A stretch of DNA of 64,000 bases from Chrysomallon squamiferum. Lineage: Eukaryota > Animalia > Mollusca. The stretch spans positions 20,460,001 through 20,524,000 of the forward strand of contig CM022672.1 in the NCBI GenBank assembly GCA_012295275.1, read 5' to 3'. The translations under genes and the position numbers were made by a program. Below the pieces are notes generated by a model. That model made no database searches, was not told where the DNA came from, and saw only the letters and a program-made list of their open reading frames with translations. Positions 1 through 32,471 of this stretch are shown here, one piece after another (within the stretch, counting starts at the first letter, position 1; each line of letters starts with the position of its first letter).

Positions 1-10940
<10,940 letters not shown>

Positions 10941-11310
10941 CTAATATTTAAATAAATATTCAGATTTTACATTTTAAAGAAATAAAAGTAAATTTATTTC
11001 TGTCTACAAAAACAAAATTATCCAGTTTTCTTTTTATTGCGGTAAAATTAATTGATAAATTTAAGTAAAATAATTTTGGTGGCTAGTGAACTTCTTGGTT
11101 TACCACAAAAATAATATATAAATATTTGTTTCGTAACTTTTACATTAACGATTATTTCATATTAAATATTTTTATTATTGGATCGTTCTGAATGTCTGAC
11201 GTTTTGTCTTTAAACGCTTCATGTAACAGCTGTAATGTTGGTGCGACTGACGCGTTGTCATCACTTGCAGCATCTTAATCTACTGGTTGTTGTTGTTATT
11301 GTTATTGTTA

Positions 11311-11357
<47 letters not shown>

Positions 11358-13021
11358 TCATTTGGCGTTGAGGCCGCAGAAAGGTGATTCCCTACCGCCA
11401 TTCTGTGGACTTCTTTAACCGATCGTCAGATATAAATATTTCTTTCAGTTTCTCACATATAGACGATATAAAGTACCAGTAACTGGGAATTGACAAATTT
11501 CCCATTCTAACAGCAGGCCATTTTTTTTCCTTTTAATGGGAATGAGCATAAAAATAGTTGTTCCTTCGAACTGTAGCACAAAAGAACAGCGATTGCAACG
11601 ATGCTTTCTCTTCAAAAATATATCATATGAAGCCATTACTATTAAAAAGCTCCGAGTAAATATTTCTTCATTCATCAGAATACCAACTGAATATGATTTT
11701 AAAACTATACCTACCTAGATTAAGAACAAGGCCGCACACAAGTAGCAGTAGACGGTACATCGTCAACTGCAGATTGTACAATCAATCTGATTTTTAGAAA
11801 AATAGAGTTTAAAATACTGTCACAACGAATGCAAGCCCACGAAACGCCTGTCCCATTAGCAAATAAGTAACTACATGTCTACGCAGACGTACGTAACTGA
11901 TTAAAATGTCAGCATGTGAAAAATAAACGGAAAATCGTGGAAAATATTTGTTACAATCGCAGAGCACACATTATCTTCATAGATGGCATTACTGGCCGAT
12001 CGGCCGCGACCCGGTACGACCCGGCACAATTCGGTTCAGCCCGACTCTTTCCGGAATTCGTATGTAGGGTTACTGGTATTAAGGGACTGATCCCCTTAAC
12101 GCCCTTAGACACGAAGCATTTGACATACGAAATGTTACATTCAGACATGTTGACATTTGGCTTGGCGCTTTCGCGTTTCCTTGTTTAAATAAAGAGACGG
12201 AAAGCAAACAACAGTGTTTACATTACTACCAAATATTGCCATACCTTAAAATCTGTTTTAAATTAACAAACCTTTACTTACCTCCGTTAAGTACCTTTTT
12301 TGCAGACTGCTAGTTAACACAGGCTAAAAACAGATAATTAATTATATTGGTTTTCTGAAATATTATTAATCAGTTTTGAGGAAAATCTTTGAAAGACGTT
12401 TATAATATAGCAATGTTAACAATAATGGAATACATTTATTATTATTATTATTATATAAAATCAGTGAAAGTTTCATGTTGTTGGGGTTTAGTATAAAAAG
12501 GATATTTGCTCATATAAATAAATAAATAAGAAACCAGTTAATTCGATTAATATTAAAACAAAAAGAACAATATAAAAAAATAAATAAAATTTAAAAAAAA
12601 GAAAAAAGTGAAACAAGCAAACAAACAAACAAAATATTTTCTTTACATTTTTTTCAGTTAAAAATTGAAATGAATGAATAAATGGATATTTAACTATAGT
12701 TTTTATTTATTCTGTGTTAGTTATATGCCTTCTTATCATAATAAATAGAAAAAGGAAAACATCTTTTGCCAGATAAAACTAATATTTATAAATCATAAAT
12801 AAAAGTCTTGACGTAGTTATCGGCAACCAGCATTTTTGAATTTACATCTATTTTCATTTCTTCATGAGTTGTAGGGACATAAACAAATAATCACCACATA
12901 GTAAAACAGGTAAATGGCCGTAACTTAAAAACTCTCAAATATTGAGTGAATAAAGACAATAAACTCTTTTATTATTAAATTCAATTTCAGGTATGAAATA
13001 GCATGCAACTGTAGCACTGAA

Positions 13022-14072
13022 CTAGAAACCTGCATATGCTGAACTGACATTATAACAATTTCGCATGAAGAACGATGTAATTATCTAACTGTCAATCAGA
13101 TACACAAAGGTTGCACATGTGATTTGTTAGTTTTATTTTGATCATGTACTTTGCTGTTACCTTCCAGACACATACACGTTTTGTTGCGTCCAAGTATATT
13201 TCTTAACTTTCTTTTTATATCTTGGCACATTTGAATTAAAACAAAATAATGTGTTTCAGTAATTAACATTGAAATAGAAGAAAGAAGCAGGAGCTAAAGG
13301 CTGATTTTCAAGTTTCAGTGGAAGTCAATTTCTGCGATCTACCCCATGGTGAAACCGATGGGCGAGATCGCCGGGAAGCATCCAGAAGTCCAGTTATTTT
13401 AAAATACAAAGCATACTTTTTATTCCTAAACAAAACAAAAGGCAAGTGTATAAGACTATCATTGTTGATATCACAATCCGTTCCAGCGGTAAAAAACGAA
13501 TGAAACTTATTTCTTTTTAAGTGGATCGCACGTCCCGTAAATTTGTTAACTTCTGTTAAGCTTCTCTTCAGAGCAAAACATATATATAATGATTGCATTA
13601 AAAATAAAATGAATTCTTGAATACAGTTATAAGAAACATTAATTAAACGATCGTAATAATTGGCTTACAGAAATGGTGCTGCAGTCAATGAACAAACGAG
13701 GTCAAATTCGCCGATAATGAGCCCAAAAATCGTAAATCAGTCAGTGATAGAGGTTGTTATATTGGAAAAAGCCACTTCCCCAGTGACATACCATTCTAAA
13801 AGAGCTTGAACAAGCTTTCGAATGATACCAGAAATGTTGAAGTAAGTTTATTGCTAAATATCGTAATTTATGTTTGAAGCCGATTTTGTTTTTTAGAAAA
13901 ATCTGGTTACTTTTCTTTTATTCTGTTTTGCCGCATATCAGAAAGCTCATTTTATCAGCTTTCCATATAGTTGTCCACTTCCAAGGCACCAAACCAAGAA
14001 GCTGTCCAGTTCGAAAACGCTTGTGCTTGGGACTGGGTTTAAAATGTTGCGTTTTTGAACTGCGGAGTACGA
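13022..14072 (-). mobile_element. ~1.05-kb insertion unique to unit 1, possibly Helitron/Helentron-like non-autonomous element
   Basis: Absent at the homologous site in other units (...actgaac|tca(t/c)tatcaaac). One end is CTAG with a short gcatatgc palindrome just inside it. Confidence 0.45.
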
Positions 14073-14378
14073 AATCACTAAATAACAAACAACACACAGA
14101 TCAAGAGCAGTTTTTATTTCCAAGCAAATAATGTTGCTGTAAGCCGAGTTAAAAGATGTTAAAAAAACACACGATACTGCACATTTCGTACTGTTAGATA
14201 ATCGAATGGGATAGATGTTATTATTATTATTTTTGAAACGTACTCTATGATCATAATTTGAGACCAAGACCATGTTAATACAATCTCGTTATATCATACA
14301 AATACAAACATTCATAAAGGACACAGACATATTTACAAACTGAATATTAAAGATTTTTTTTTCTAGATACCTCTGGAA

Positions 14379-14505
14379 CAGTGCTTCTCATATGGATGGT
14401 ACTTGGCTTTAGTTTCGTAAATTGTTTCAATTAGTGCTACTATAAAAGTATAATGGTCCAAAACGATAATGACAAAATGGTGAGCTTGGACTCTAAGAAC
14501 CACTG
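14379..14505. mobile_element. hAT-type MITE (further copies at 26483-26609, 34996-35122, 48007-48133)
   Basis: TIRs cagtgcttctca / t(a/g)agaaccactg; 8-bp TSD ctctggaa / ctctagaa (NTCTAGAN-type target). Confidence 0.75.
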
Positions 14506-14855
14506 CTCTAGAAGATGTTAATTACCTATTACTTATTGTCTACCTAACATCTGTTTTGATGAAACGTTCAGAGAATTTTATATCAGCTGTTTAATGGCAC
14601 GCCTCTTTTATGATTTCTGGAGTAGTGCAACAATAATGAAATTTATTACACAAACAGTTCACTCGTTATAAGGACAGTCAGTTTGTAAAGAGAATTCTCT
14701 ATGAATTATTTAGCGGCACGTCTTTGTATTATTTCTGAAGAAGTTCAACAGTCATTAAAATATTTGAATCTATGTATATCATAATATCTAAATTTACTAT
14801 AATTGAAAATTCTTGATGGACCTCTGAAATATTTACTTATAATGAGGGAAAATAT

Positions 14856-16992
14856 TTACTTATTACTTGTAAAGCACTGAGGGAAAACCTTCTTGCAAGC
14901 CTCCAAGTCGTGTTCTTTCATAAAATACAGAACTGTTTCCATACTAACCCCTTCTTCTATCAAATATTTGTTTGGAAACAACGTCTGCCTATCACGGGGC
15001 AGATCCCAGTAGAAGCTAGGGTATCCTTTCAATAGCATGACACAAACATACAGAGATTTTCCGTAACGCGATACCCCTGGTGAACCAGAAGCACCTTTTT
15101 CAAATCTGCAGTGAAACCTTACAAAATTTCGATTTATAAGTCCTTCATAGCCAAAAATAGGCAAATTATTCTGTTTGCAATATCGGGTTGCACCTGCGAT
15201 TTCTTTGGGTTTTTCGTCAATCAAAGAACAATTTGGGTCACATTTTTTGTTTTCGCCTCTGTTGTGACCCACAAACGTGAAGGGCACGTCGCTTTTGATA
15301 TCACAAAACAAAACAGGCGGCGGTGGCGTCCTGTTGTCAAGATTTAGTTCAAGGACAATAACATCCAGTTGTTCCTCACTGTAGAGTACGGAATGAAAGG
15401 TGAAGATCTCTGAGGTGTTTCCAATATCTTCACTTTCAAAATTAATGTACACGTCTCGACTGTCAAATAATGGGACTGGATTCATCTGATTATCTGAATA
15501 TTAAAATAACATTATTAATACATGAACACTGGAACACTGACATATAAATGTTTATCTATGTATCCAATGTCTATCTATCTATCTTTCTATGAAGGGGAGC
15601 AAAACAAAATTTACATATTAAAAACATGAGTATTGTCATTTGTTGACCAAAACTGCTCTCTCTAGTAGTTTTCTGATAAATCTAAAATGAAAATTAGATA
15701 TCTAAAATTGCAGTCCTTGAACTCCGGTACTGAGATAGCAAAAATCGATGTCTTTAATCATTGATAATATTTAGAAAGTTTCAAAATATGGTTTCTGAAG
15801 TATTAATAGTAGCGACAATTAATTATCAGTTTAATGTTCCTGTAAATATATTTGTAGATATAAACATAATACAAATGTTTCCTCATGAAAGATCAAATAA
15901 AACTTACCAGGTAAAAATTGTTTCACAATGTGATATACAGTCATTATGTAACGATCTCCTACACGGAATCCAGTTCCAGTTCCTCTAGGGGTGGTGATTT
16001 TACCAACTGATTTACCAAAGTCGACAATCATCTTCATAAATTCCAACCCTTCAGTATTGTCAATGTCTTTCCTCAATTCTCCACCGGACGTTTTGGAAAA
16101 TCCTGTAAAATCTTTAACAGAAACGAAAACTTCACGTGCTTTCTTATTGTTTAAAAACTTTGATCCAGCAAAAAACAACTACAACCCCCCCCCAAAAAAA
16201 AAATCCCCAAACAAAACAATAACAACAAAACACAAAAAACCGCACCTCAGGACCATCAAACAAAACTCAACAAACAACCAATCAAAAGAGCAATACACTA
16301 AATACTTTTATTTGTGTGTGCGTGTTTTTGTTATTTGTTTGTTTGTTTATATAGATAGATAGATAAATAAACAGATTTACTCATCGCAAATAAAAAGCAG
16401 TAACATTTAATATTAACTGTCGTAAAATAATGTCTATGCTGATAATGAAATTAATAATAATAATAATAATAATTCTTTGAACATGATACATTTCTATTGG
16501 CAAAACTATGATGAAGATGATGTTGATGATATTAATAATGATAAAACTATGATGACAATGATGACGATGATAATAATAATTACGATTAAGATGATAATAA
16601 AATATAATATAAAATAATACAATAAAATACAGTACAATGCAATACAATATAATATAAAGATAATGATAACATAATGATAATGTTGATGAATGAAACAAAC
16701 AGTAACTGTACAAACCTGGTTCGGGTTTTGTATGTTTCATGGTTTCTGTTGCTATGTATTCCACTGTGGATCCTCTGCCAAGCTGTACAATACCAGGCCC
16801 TCCATGGCCCGTGGCTTTCACTTTCACTCCAGTGGATGATCTTTCTCTTTCAACTAAAAAATAAAAAAATAAAAAAAAAAAAAATTGAAAAAGAAAGAAA
16901 GAAAGAAAGAAAGAAAGAGTTACTACTTTATTGTCAAGTTAACAAATTCAGTCATTCGCGTCCTTCATTTTATTTATTTCATTTATTTTATC

Positions 16993-17087
<95 letters not shown>

Positions 17088-18656
17088 TTCTTCTAGGAAA
17101 TACTAATACTTTACTTTGTGTTTGCTTATTCGATGGAAATTTGTGGTCTCCTATGAATCTAATGCTGGATTCTTGTCCTAACTGAATAATGCCTCCATCC
17201 TTAGCAGTTAGATCCAAATTACCTGTAAGGCATCAAAAACAAAAATTAGTATCTATTACTTGCAGAATGACAAAAAGAATCTTTAATTCTGTCACAGAAA
17301 ACAGACGTATGTGTCTTACTTGTAGAACGTCAAAAACAAGACTTACCTCTTGCCACAGAAAACAGATATATCTGTATTACTTGTAAAATGACAAAAAGGA
17401 TACTTAACTATCGTCACAGAAAACAGACACATCTGTATTATTTGTGGAACGTCAGAAACAATAACAAACTCTTGATATACAGTAGAAAACGTTCAGACAT
17501 ATTTGTAGAGGGTCAAACAATCAAACAATCATAAAGTCTTGAATTATCATAAAAAATATCCAGAAACATCAATATTAATCGTAGAACGCCCAAAATAATA
17601 TCAACACTTGCTCTGCCACATATAGTGGTCAGAACTATATGTTCTGCTTGTAGAAAGAGAATGTTTTTATATACAAGAATAACGTAGATTTTTGTCATTT
17701 CTGAAATAAATAAAGAAATATATTAAATATAGGGGACTATCACCAAAGTGAATTATCAATAGCTGTTATTCGACAAATTGGACATTAGAAATAAATAAAA
17801 CAACATTTCGAACAATAATATACCTAGTTCATTTAATGGTACAACTAAAAGTACAGTTTAAGAGAATATATATTTCAAACACACACACGCACATACACAC
17901 GCACGCACACACACAGGAAGTTAGTTACCTGTTTCGTTCATTGTTATGTCCTCATTGGAAATTATCTCTTCTCTGTTTTCATCATCGCGAATCGATGGCA
18001 TTGTCGGGTCAGCCTTTATCATAAAGATGTGCGTGAAAAAACAACAATAATAAATCCATAATTATTTGAACTTTGAATAAAACAAGATTACTTCATATAT
18101 TTTTTTAATTCATTTTTTTGTTTTTTATTATTTTTCTTTCTTTTTTTCTTAAATTTTTGTTTGTTAAATAAATATATTGATACAGTCTACGCCTATCTTG
18201 TTGACAAACATTACAAATGAATAAACGAAGTTCAAAAATATTTTGAATGAGGATAACACACTTATACAGGTGAATATATATATATGCGTGTGTATGTATG
18301 TATGTATGTATGTATTATGTATGTATTATGTATATATGTATGTACGTATATATTTTTGTATGCAAGTGTACAGTAAATGAGCATATTTAAATATGTTCAT
18401 ATGTGTATGTGTGTGTGTTTAGATACATACAAAAATATATGTAAATAAGTAGAAATATAAAATGTGTTTAAAAGACAATGGATCGAGAAAACATATATTT
18501 ACAGATGATGATATCTGAGACTGTTGTACTTCAATGGATGACACACAATTATCGCCAGTCCTTTGTTTACCATTAACAACGGAGCGCATCTTTACCACGT
18601 GAACCTTGTTCTTGTTGTGGTCGTCGTTCTTGTGTTTTACAACAAATGTTACCCAT
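14856..18656 (-). CDS. FAM111-like trypsin-fold serine protease with MG N-terminus and two RHIM-like motifs, copy 1 (~440 aa). Exons ~18501-18656, 17929-18013, 17115-17222, 16716-16853, 15908-16111, 14856-15493; 1-bp insertion in first coding exon
   Basis: SVGKI..GTGTGFRVGDRYIMTVYH (His), LDVIVLEL (Asp), FVGH, FEKGASGSPG (Ser) and EEGVSM match the FAM111A/B protease pattern; exon phases are compatible. Confidence 0.8.
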
Positions 18657-18974
18657 CTACAATAGAAACACCAGTAACAGAAATAAAATAAAAGTTTAAA
18701 AGTTATGTACAATCACAAATGTATATATGCATGTTTGTATGTATATATGTTTGTATATATCCACATGTCTGTATGTATGTGTATGTATCTGTTGCATTGC
18801 ATTGTACTGTATGTATGTATGTAGGTGTTTATACGTGAATGTATAATATGTGTAGGTGTGTCTGAATCGAAACTGGCTGGTCGCCATTTGTAATTTGTTT
18901 CACAGCCTTAAATCATTCTGACATTTCAGATTCTTTCTTTCTCATAATATCAAGGTTAAATGTTAACACTCATC

Positions 18975-19048
18975 AAGACTCATCGAACCTATGCTATCCA
19001 TTCGCCCGCACCCCGAAGGCGGACGAGAATACCGTTCGGCCATCAGTA
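18975..19048 (-). mobile_element. tRNA-derived SINE fragment (related pieces at ~45920-46030 and ~52730-52840)
   Basis: Minus strand gatggccgaacggta (A-box-like) ... ggttcga (B-box-like); no full cloverleaf seen. Confidence 0.5.
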
Positions 19049-19659
19049 CATATACATCTGTCTGTCTGTCTGATTGCATGTATATATGTATATATATATA
19101 TATGTATGTATACGTATTGCATTTTATTGTATTGTATGTGTGTATGAATATGTGTCTGTTTATATATAGGTTTGCAATTATTATACTGTTTGCATTGTGT
19201 TGTGTTGTATTGTATTGTAGTATGTATCTGTGTGTTTGTGTGTAAATATATGTGTAGATTTGTATGATAACTTTAGATGCGTTTGAACCGAAACTGAATG
19301 GTCGCCATTTGTAAAACATTTCATAGCCTTTAATCATACTGACATTTCAAATACTTTCTTTCTCATAATATTACGGTTAAATGTTAACATTCAACAAGAT
19401 ATAATTTTTGTATATATTATTTTACAATAGTCTGATTAGATTTTTAATCAAAGTAAATATGATATAACATCTTTACCTGTGCGATTTTCGCAGGCTTACG
19501 TATGCTTCCTTGTTTCGAATGACGAATTATATTTATAGCTTTCGGAATTCCCAGTTACTAATATATGCAAGTTGACAAGGTCAGTTACGCGGTGAAATGG
19601 TAAATTTTGTATTTGATATACATACAGTTCTTTTGTTATTGCAATTGCTATATTTAAAT

Positions 19660-19729
<70 letters not shown>

Positions 19730-20131
19730 TATTATTATTGTTGTTGTTAGTTTGATGCATTGATATACAAATATTTACGAAGAGTATATGTTAATATCAG
19801 CTATATGAAAGATGGATTAAATAACAAAAGAAAAGTTTTCCTGAATGTTATTCTAATTTATTCAGTGGAGAATGTCACTGTTAAAAAGTGAGGTCAGCTA
19901 TGTCACGTGTCTAAAGATAAATATTTTTATTTATATATGTTAGCTGCGGAAATAAAAATACATCTTATGTTTTTATTTAAAGGCTTTTTACTTCTTTTTT
20001 TTTTTTTTTTTTTTTTATTAAATTATATGATGTTGAAAGAAAAAAATAAATTCTACGTCATATAATTTAATACAAACGTTAACAAAAAGAAATGCTAATA
20101 AATAACATTATGTGTATATCGGGAAATCATG

Positions 20132-20163
<32 letters not shown>

Positions 20164-20671
20164 TAAAAAAATGTATCATACCTAGAATTTCTCTTGCCGC
20201 TGCAGACAATAATTATTAAATTATTATTATTTTTTTTTAAATAATAATAAAAAAACTATTCTGATTGTGAAGTAATTATCATTTTATATTTTTATATCAA
20301 AATAATTTCATTTAAAAATAGAATGAACATGAAAGTTAAAAGATCCAGTAAACTTTTATAATTGCTTGTTATGACTATAGACTTAAACGAATATACTTAT
20401 CTAGTTATTGTTGTTGTTGTTGTCATTATTATTATTATTGTATATATATTATTAATATATTAGAAATAAGAATAATAGCTGCCTAGCAGATAAAACATAT
20501 TTGAATTGTTTGTTCTTACAACTAAATACAATAACAAACGCTTTCTGTTATTCTATGTCAGTTATATGTTAATACAATCCTTTATTTCAAATAAGACAAA
20601 TATTAATAAAGAACAAAGACATATTTACTGACTGAATATCAAATATTTTTTCCTTCTAGATATCTCTGGAA

Positions 20672-20764
20672 CAGTGATTCTCAGAAGAGATGTGCTTGAC
20701 TCCCAGAATAGGAATTATTGAGGAATTTCAGCCAAAGAACAATCTCCACATAGGGAAATAATCT

Positions 20765-20863
<99 letters not shown>

Positions 20864-21911
20864 AGCGATCACATATTAATGGTTCATTATTTATGTCCAA
20901 ATAATTTCAATTAATAATAGAATGAAGATGCTTTTTAAAAGATCCTTGTATGTTATGACTACACACAAAGGACTCTGACGAATATAGCTATCGTGTTTTT
21001 TTTTAGTGTTTTTTTTCTGTGCAATCAGATACAATAAGAAGAATTATTCTGTGTCAGTTAAATGCCTTCTTAAAATAATAAAATGAAAGCGGAAAACAAC
21101 ATTTGTCATATAAAATCGGCCACTGTTAACTATTTAGGAATCAAAATAAAATCTGTATACAAATAAAATACTTGATGTGGCAGTTGCAAGTTTTGATTAG
21201 AAAATCCAATGGGACAGATGGAGTTTTTAAAAGACAAATTTTAAGACACTCTCTTTATTTCATATAAGTACAAACGTTAATATAGAACAAAGACATTTTT
21301 GCTAAATGAATATCAAAAGATTGTTTCCTGGCTAGATGTCTCTGAAACAATAGTTCTATTATTACATTACTCCCATAAGAGGAATTATGGAGGAATTTCA
21401 GTCAAGGAATCATCGCCAAAAAGGCAAATAATGTACCTTGCTCTCTATTTATGTTAAATTAAAGTACAATATATACAACAGTAAGAGCGATCATATATTA
21501 ATAGTTAACAAGAAAAAAAAAGAAAGAAAAAAAAAAAGAAATGAGGATAATAATAATAATAATAATAATAATAATCAATTAAGAACTTTAATAAATATAA
21601 ATTATGCTCCATAAAATGTTATTCCATTTGACAGATTAGGTCATTTTCCTCTTTTTTCTTCTTTTCTATTTGATGACACTTTATTAAGTGCTGTTGTCCT
21701 TGAAACCAAAATATTTGCCATTAAATAAAAAAAAACTATTTTAAAATTTGAATGCAATTAATAAAGTAATTTAATTTCGTAAACGTTTTCAAAAACTGCC
21801 GCTAGAAAAATATAATGCTGCACAATTTATTTGGTTACAAAATAGTAGAGCAAATGAGGAAATTAGGATCACAAGGAGAGAATTTGAAGTTGTGATTCTG
21901 AGAACCACAAC
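20672..21911. mobile_element. Longer (~1.2 kb) version of the same hAT-type element in the copy 2 flank
   Basis: ctctggaa+cagtgattctcag at left and ctgagaaccacaa+ctctaaaa at right, in the same flanking context as the 127-bp MITE. Confidence 0.5.
20767..20860. repeat. (CT)n microsatellite
   Basis: Direct reading. Confidence 0.95.
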
Positions 21912-22311
21912 TCTAAAAGGAATTAAATAGCCGTTTCGACTTATTTTCTACCTAACATTTCTTTCTATCGAATGATTAGAGCCCACATGGAATTTTCTAT
22001 GGCACGTCTCTGTTATTATATCTGGAGTGGTGCAACAGTATATATTTGAGTAAAAGAAACAAAAATTTCTGAAAAAGATTTATAACAGAAACGTTCTTGA
22101 TTTACACAAACAGTTCACTCTTTATAAGGACAGTCAGTTTGTAAAGAGAATTCTCTATGAATTATTTAATGGCACGTCTCTGTATTATTTCTGAGGAAGT
22201 TCAACAGTCATTAAAATATTTGAGTCTATGTATATCATAATATCTAAATTTACTATAATTGAAAATTCTTGATGGACCTCTGAAATATTTACTTATAATG
22301 AGGGAAAATAT

Positions 22312-25193
<2,882 letters not shown>

Positions 25194-25464
25194 CTTTATC
25201 AAAACAAAATTTCCGGTAAAATAACCTCCAACAACAACAAGTCCAAAATAAGGAAATAAAAATGTATTTGAACCAGGAAGGAAATAATATATATATATAT
25301 ACATACACATACATACACACATATATGTATATGTATATACATACACAAACATACACACATGTATGTATATATATCTATATATATATATATATATATATAC
25401 ACATACATATACATATACATATACATACGTTTATAATATAGCAATGTTAACAATAATGGAATAC

Positions 25465-25516
<52 letters not shown>

Positions 25517-26986
25517 ATTATTATTATTATCATTATTATTATTATTATTATATAAAATCAGTGAAAGTTTCATGTTGTTGGCGTTTATTATAAAAAGATA
25601 TTTTCTCATATAAATAAATAAATTAGAAAACAATTAATTAGATTAATATTAAAACAAAAAGAACAATATAAAATAAAATAAAATAAAATAAATAAAGAAA
25701 TAAAGAAATAAAGAAAATTTAAAAAAAAGAAAAGAAAAAAGAATAATTTAAAGAAGCAATCATACAAACAAAAACAGTTTTTTTTTTTTTACATTTGTTT
25801 CAGTTAAAAATTGAATTGAATTAATAAATGAATATTTAACAATAGTTTTAATTTATTCTATGTTAGTTATATGCCTTCTGATCATAATAAAAAGGAAAAG
25901 GAAAACATCTTTTGCCATATAAAACTAATATTTATAAATCACAAATAAAAGAATTGACGAGGTATCCGCAGCCAGCATTTTTGAATTTACATCTATTTTC
26001 ATTTTTTCATGAGTTGTAGGGACATAAACAAATAATCACCACATAGTAAAACAGGTAAATGGCCGTAACTTAAAAACTATAATATGGATTTGCTTCAAAT
26101 ATTGAGTGAATAAAGACAATAAACTGTTCTATTATTAAATTCAATTTCAGGAATGAAATAGGATGTAACTGTAGTACTGAACTCATTATCAAACACACAA
26201 CACAGATCAAGAGCAATTTTTATTTCCAAGCAAATAATATTGCTGTAAGCCGAGTTAAAAGATGTTAAAAAAACACAGGATACTGCACATTTTGTACTGT
26301 TAGATAATGGAATGGGATAGATGTTATTATTTTTTTTTTTTAAACGTACTCTATGATCATAATTTGAGACCAAGACCATGTTAATACAATCTCGTTATAT
26401 CATATAAGTACAAATATTAATAAAGGACACAGACATATTTACAAACTGAATATTAAAGATTTTGTTCTAGATACCCCTGGAACAGTGCTTCTCATATGGA
26501 TGGTAATTGGCTTTAGTTTCGTAAACTGTTTCAGTTAGTGCTACTATAAAAGTATAATGGTCAAAAACGATAATGACAAAATGGTGAGCTTGGACTCTGA
26601 GAACCACTGCTCTAGAAGATGTTAATTACCTGTTATTACTTATTGTCTACCTAACATCTATTTTGATGAAACGTTAAGAGAATTTTATATCAGCTGTTTA
26701 ATGGCACGTCTCTTTTATGATTTCTGGAGTAGTGCAACAATAATGAAATTTGTTACGCAAACAGTTCACTCGTTATAAGGACAGCCAGTTTGTAAAGATA
26801 ATTCTCTATGAATTATTTAGTGGCACGTCTTTGTATTATTTCTGAAGAAGTTCAACAGTCATTAAAATATTTGAATCTATCTATATCATAATATCTGAAT
26901 TTACTCTAATTGAAAATTCTTGATGGATCTCTGAAATATTTTCTTATAATGAAAATTATTACACAGTTCACTCGTTATAAGGACTG

Positions 26987-31723
<4,737 letters not shown>

Positions 31724-32411
31724 CTACAATAGAAATACCAGTAACAGAAATAAAATAAAAGTTTAAAAGTTATGTACAATCACAAATGTATGATTGTATG
31801 CATGTTTCTATGTATCCACATATGTCGGTATGTATATGTGTATGTATTGCATAGTATTGCACTGCATTGTACCGTATGTTCTGTAATTTTTTACACACGG
31901 GTATAGCCTTTTGAATCTTGGTCGCCATTGCATTGTACCGTATGTTCTGTAATTTTTTCATAGCCTTAAATCTTTCAGACATTTCAAATACTTTCTTTCT
32001 CATAATATCAAGGTTAAATGTTAACACTCATCAAGACATAGTTTTTGTATATGTAATTTTACTACAATCTGATTACATTTTAATCAAAGTAAATGTTGTA
32101 TATCATCTTTACCTGTGCGACTTTCGTGGTGCACGTATACTTCCTGGTTTCTATAAACAAATTGTATTTATTGCTTTGGGAATTGTCATTTAGTAAAGAA
32201 GAATAAAAAATTCTAACATTTTATACACACAATAATTTCATTAGTCATTTCAAGTAATTTATTCAGTGGAGAATGTCACTGTTACCGAAAGTTTTAAAAA
32301 GTGACGAAATTCTTACATAGTGGGGTAAGCTATGTGGAGTTAGATACTTTTATCCATATCAGATTAAATACTAATGTAAACAACTATAAGAGCGAAAAAT
32401 ATTAATAGTTT

Positions 32412-32471
<60 letters not shown>

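Noticed and set aside
11340-11420. Possible LINE 3' end with a (TAA)n tail on the minus strand
   Set aside because: Too short, with no recognisable reverse transcriptase motif.
11990-12100. GC-rich patch and TTAAGGG...CCCTTAA hairpin as piggyBac ends
   Set aside because: Orientation is opposite to TTAA-CCC...GGG-TTAA, and there is no partner end.
13947-14273. Recurrent ORF MVLVSNYDHRVR (also 26095 and 34601)
   Set aside because: Recurs only because the flank is duplicated; disrupted in the unit at ~47.8 kb; no recognisable domain.
16112-16178. MFFAGSKFLNNKK... as the protease N-terminus
   Set aside because: Non-ATG start in probable intron sequence; a phase-1 acceptor compatible with the upstream exon lies at 16112-16113.
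18975-19048. tRNA gene
   Set aside because: Only A/B-box-like motifs and no cloverleaf; treated as a SINE fragment.
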